A stretch of DNA of 63,538 nucleotides, counting the filler, from Klebsormidium nitens (Eukaryota; Plantae; Klebsormidiophyceae): NCBI GenBank assembly GCA_000708835.1. It is 5 parts of 5 records of this genome, joined end to end, with 100 filler letters (N's around TTAATTAATTAA, not from the genome) between each part and the next. Parts side by side here need not be neighbours in the genome. Positions count along the whole stretch, not along the records: positions 45,201 to 63,538 come from DF237569.1; 4 more parts are not named here. One strand, given 5' to 3'. Below are positions 63,073 to 63,538 of the stretch, in pieces. Each line of letters starts with the position of its first letter. Positions within the stretch are counted from its first letter, which is position 1. A model generated the notes under the pieces. That model did no database searches, was not told the DNA's origin, and saw only the letters and a program-made list of their open reading frames with translations. Position numbers and translations under genes: made by a program.

Positions 63073-63480
63073 CGTCTTACTAGCTTACTTCGTCTTAGTA
63101 ACTGAGAGAGAAAGTCCTAGCAAACTCCCTAGTAAGAAACCCCACAAGACACGATAAATAATGCGTCTTGCAGGGGCTACTCAAAGAATCTCGCCCTAGC
63201 CAAATACCTAGTCAAAATCTGCACAAGACACAAGACAGTAAGACGCATTTTTTGGGAAAGTTTCTTGAGATTCTCGAGATCGTGACGGATCTAGATCGTT
63301 CATCCGATTTCAGGGACTTTCCCAAATAATGCGTCTTACTGTCTTACTGTCTTAACTAACAGATCCACTAGGAGAATCAGACTCAAGGATCCTCCGTAAG
63401 ACACATTTTCAAATGCGTCTTATTAAGGAATCCACTAGGGATACCCGTCCCCCGAGTGCCCGGCCAAGACACATTCTCTC
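63073..63480. repeat. Cluster of AATGCGTCTTAC/GTAAGACGCATT motifs, including a hairpin with 30-bp arms (63232-63261 and 63316-63345; 29/30)
   Basis: AAGACAGTAAGACGCATTTTTTGGGAAAGT pairs with ACTTTCCCAAATAATGCGTCTTACTGTCTT. A second hairpin TAAGACACATT-TTCA-AATGCGTCTTA lies at ~63396-63421; more motif copies at ~63073, 63157 and 63466. Confidence 0.9.
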
Positions 63481-63538
63481 CCAACTGCCACGTCAGCATC
63501 CCGAAGCTCCTCTCCGAAACCGAACTCCCCAGTCAGAA

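Larger units (their letters stand above)
58320..63154. repeat. 39-bp inverted-repeat pair (58320-58358 and 63116-63154; 34/39 identical, outer 18 bp perfect)
   Basis: Reverse complement of TCGTGTCTTGTGGGGTTTTTGATTAGGGAATTCGCTAGG matches CCTAGCAAACTCCCTAGTAAGAAACCCCACAAGACACGA. Confidence 0.85.

Noticed and set aside
58305-63115. AGAGAAAGT (58305 and 63107) as a target-site duplication of the inverted-repeat cassette
   Set aside because: One copy is outside and the other inside the inverted repeats, which is the wrong geometry for a TSD.

Overview
This is a eukaryotic draft scaffold, not a prokaryotic one. It has spliceosomal GT-AG introns and N gaps, four of which are 100-bp contig joins carrying a TTAATTAATTAA six-frame-stop linker. 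Blocks of densely packed, intronless giant-virus (Nucleocytoviricota/NCLDV) genes alternate with gene-poor, intron-containing host- or transposon-like DNA, so the window looks like a fragmented, decaying endogenous giant virus (GEVE). The host is probably a green or streptophyte alga; this is inferred from a DYAD/MMD1-type DTGLLD motif, GGGRRC repeats and a PIP-like aquaporin. Viral block 1 (1-10.7 kb) holds a glycan cluster (GT7-like, DUF707-like, GT11, GH16, GT25+GT2), a patatin and an mRNA cap N7-methyltransferase. Block 2 (18.4 and 21.3-26.6 kb) holds an NCLDV histone-fold protein and two D5-type winged-helix/Bro-N-like paralogues flanking an ~82-bp tandem array. Block 3 (45.2-56.4 kb) holds a ~1,300+ aa coiled-coil protein, a divergent major-capsid-protein paralogue, two F-box-like/XPA-C-like paralogues, a SAM methyltransferase and an HNH endonuclease. 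Block 4 (58.3-63.5 kb) holds an aquaporin, a GGGRRC-repeat nuclease and a fibre protein. Between blocks 2 and 3, a spliced KDZ-type transposase locus with two Tudor domains and a winged-helix motif can be rebuilt by hand. The strongest novel signals are: (i) an HNH gene flanked by two synonymously diverged copies of the methyltransferase 3' end, suggesting a 3'-end-replacing homing element; (ii) the chromatin-reader-bearing KDZ locus and its palindromic upstream array; (iii) the higher-order 82-bp array between two DNA-binding paralogues; (iv) a 39-bp inverted-repeat pair bracketing the aquaporin/nuclease/fibre cassette. All family assignments come from motif recognition by eye; no database searches were run. 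Adjacency across the linker gaps is not guaranteed.
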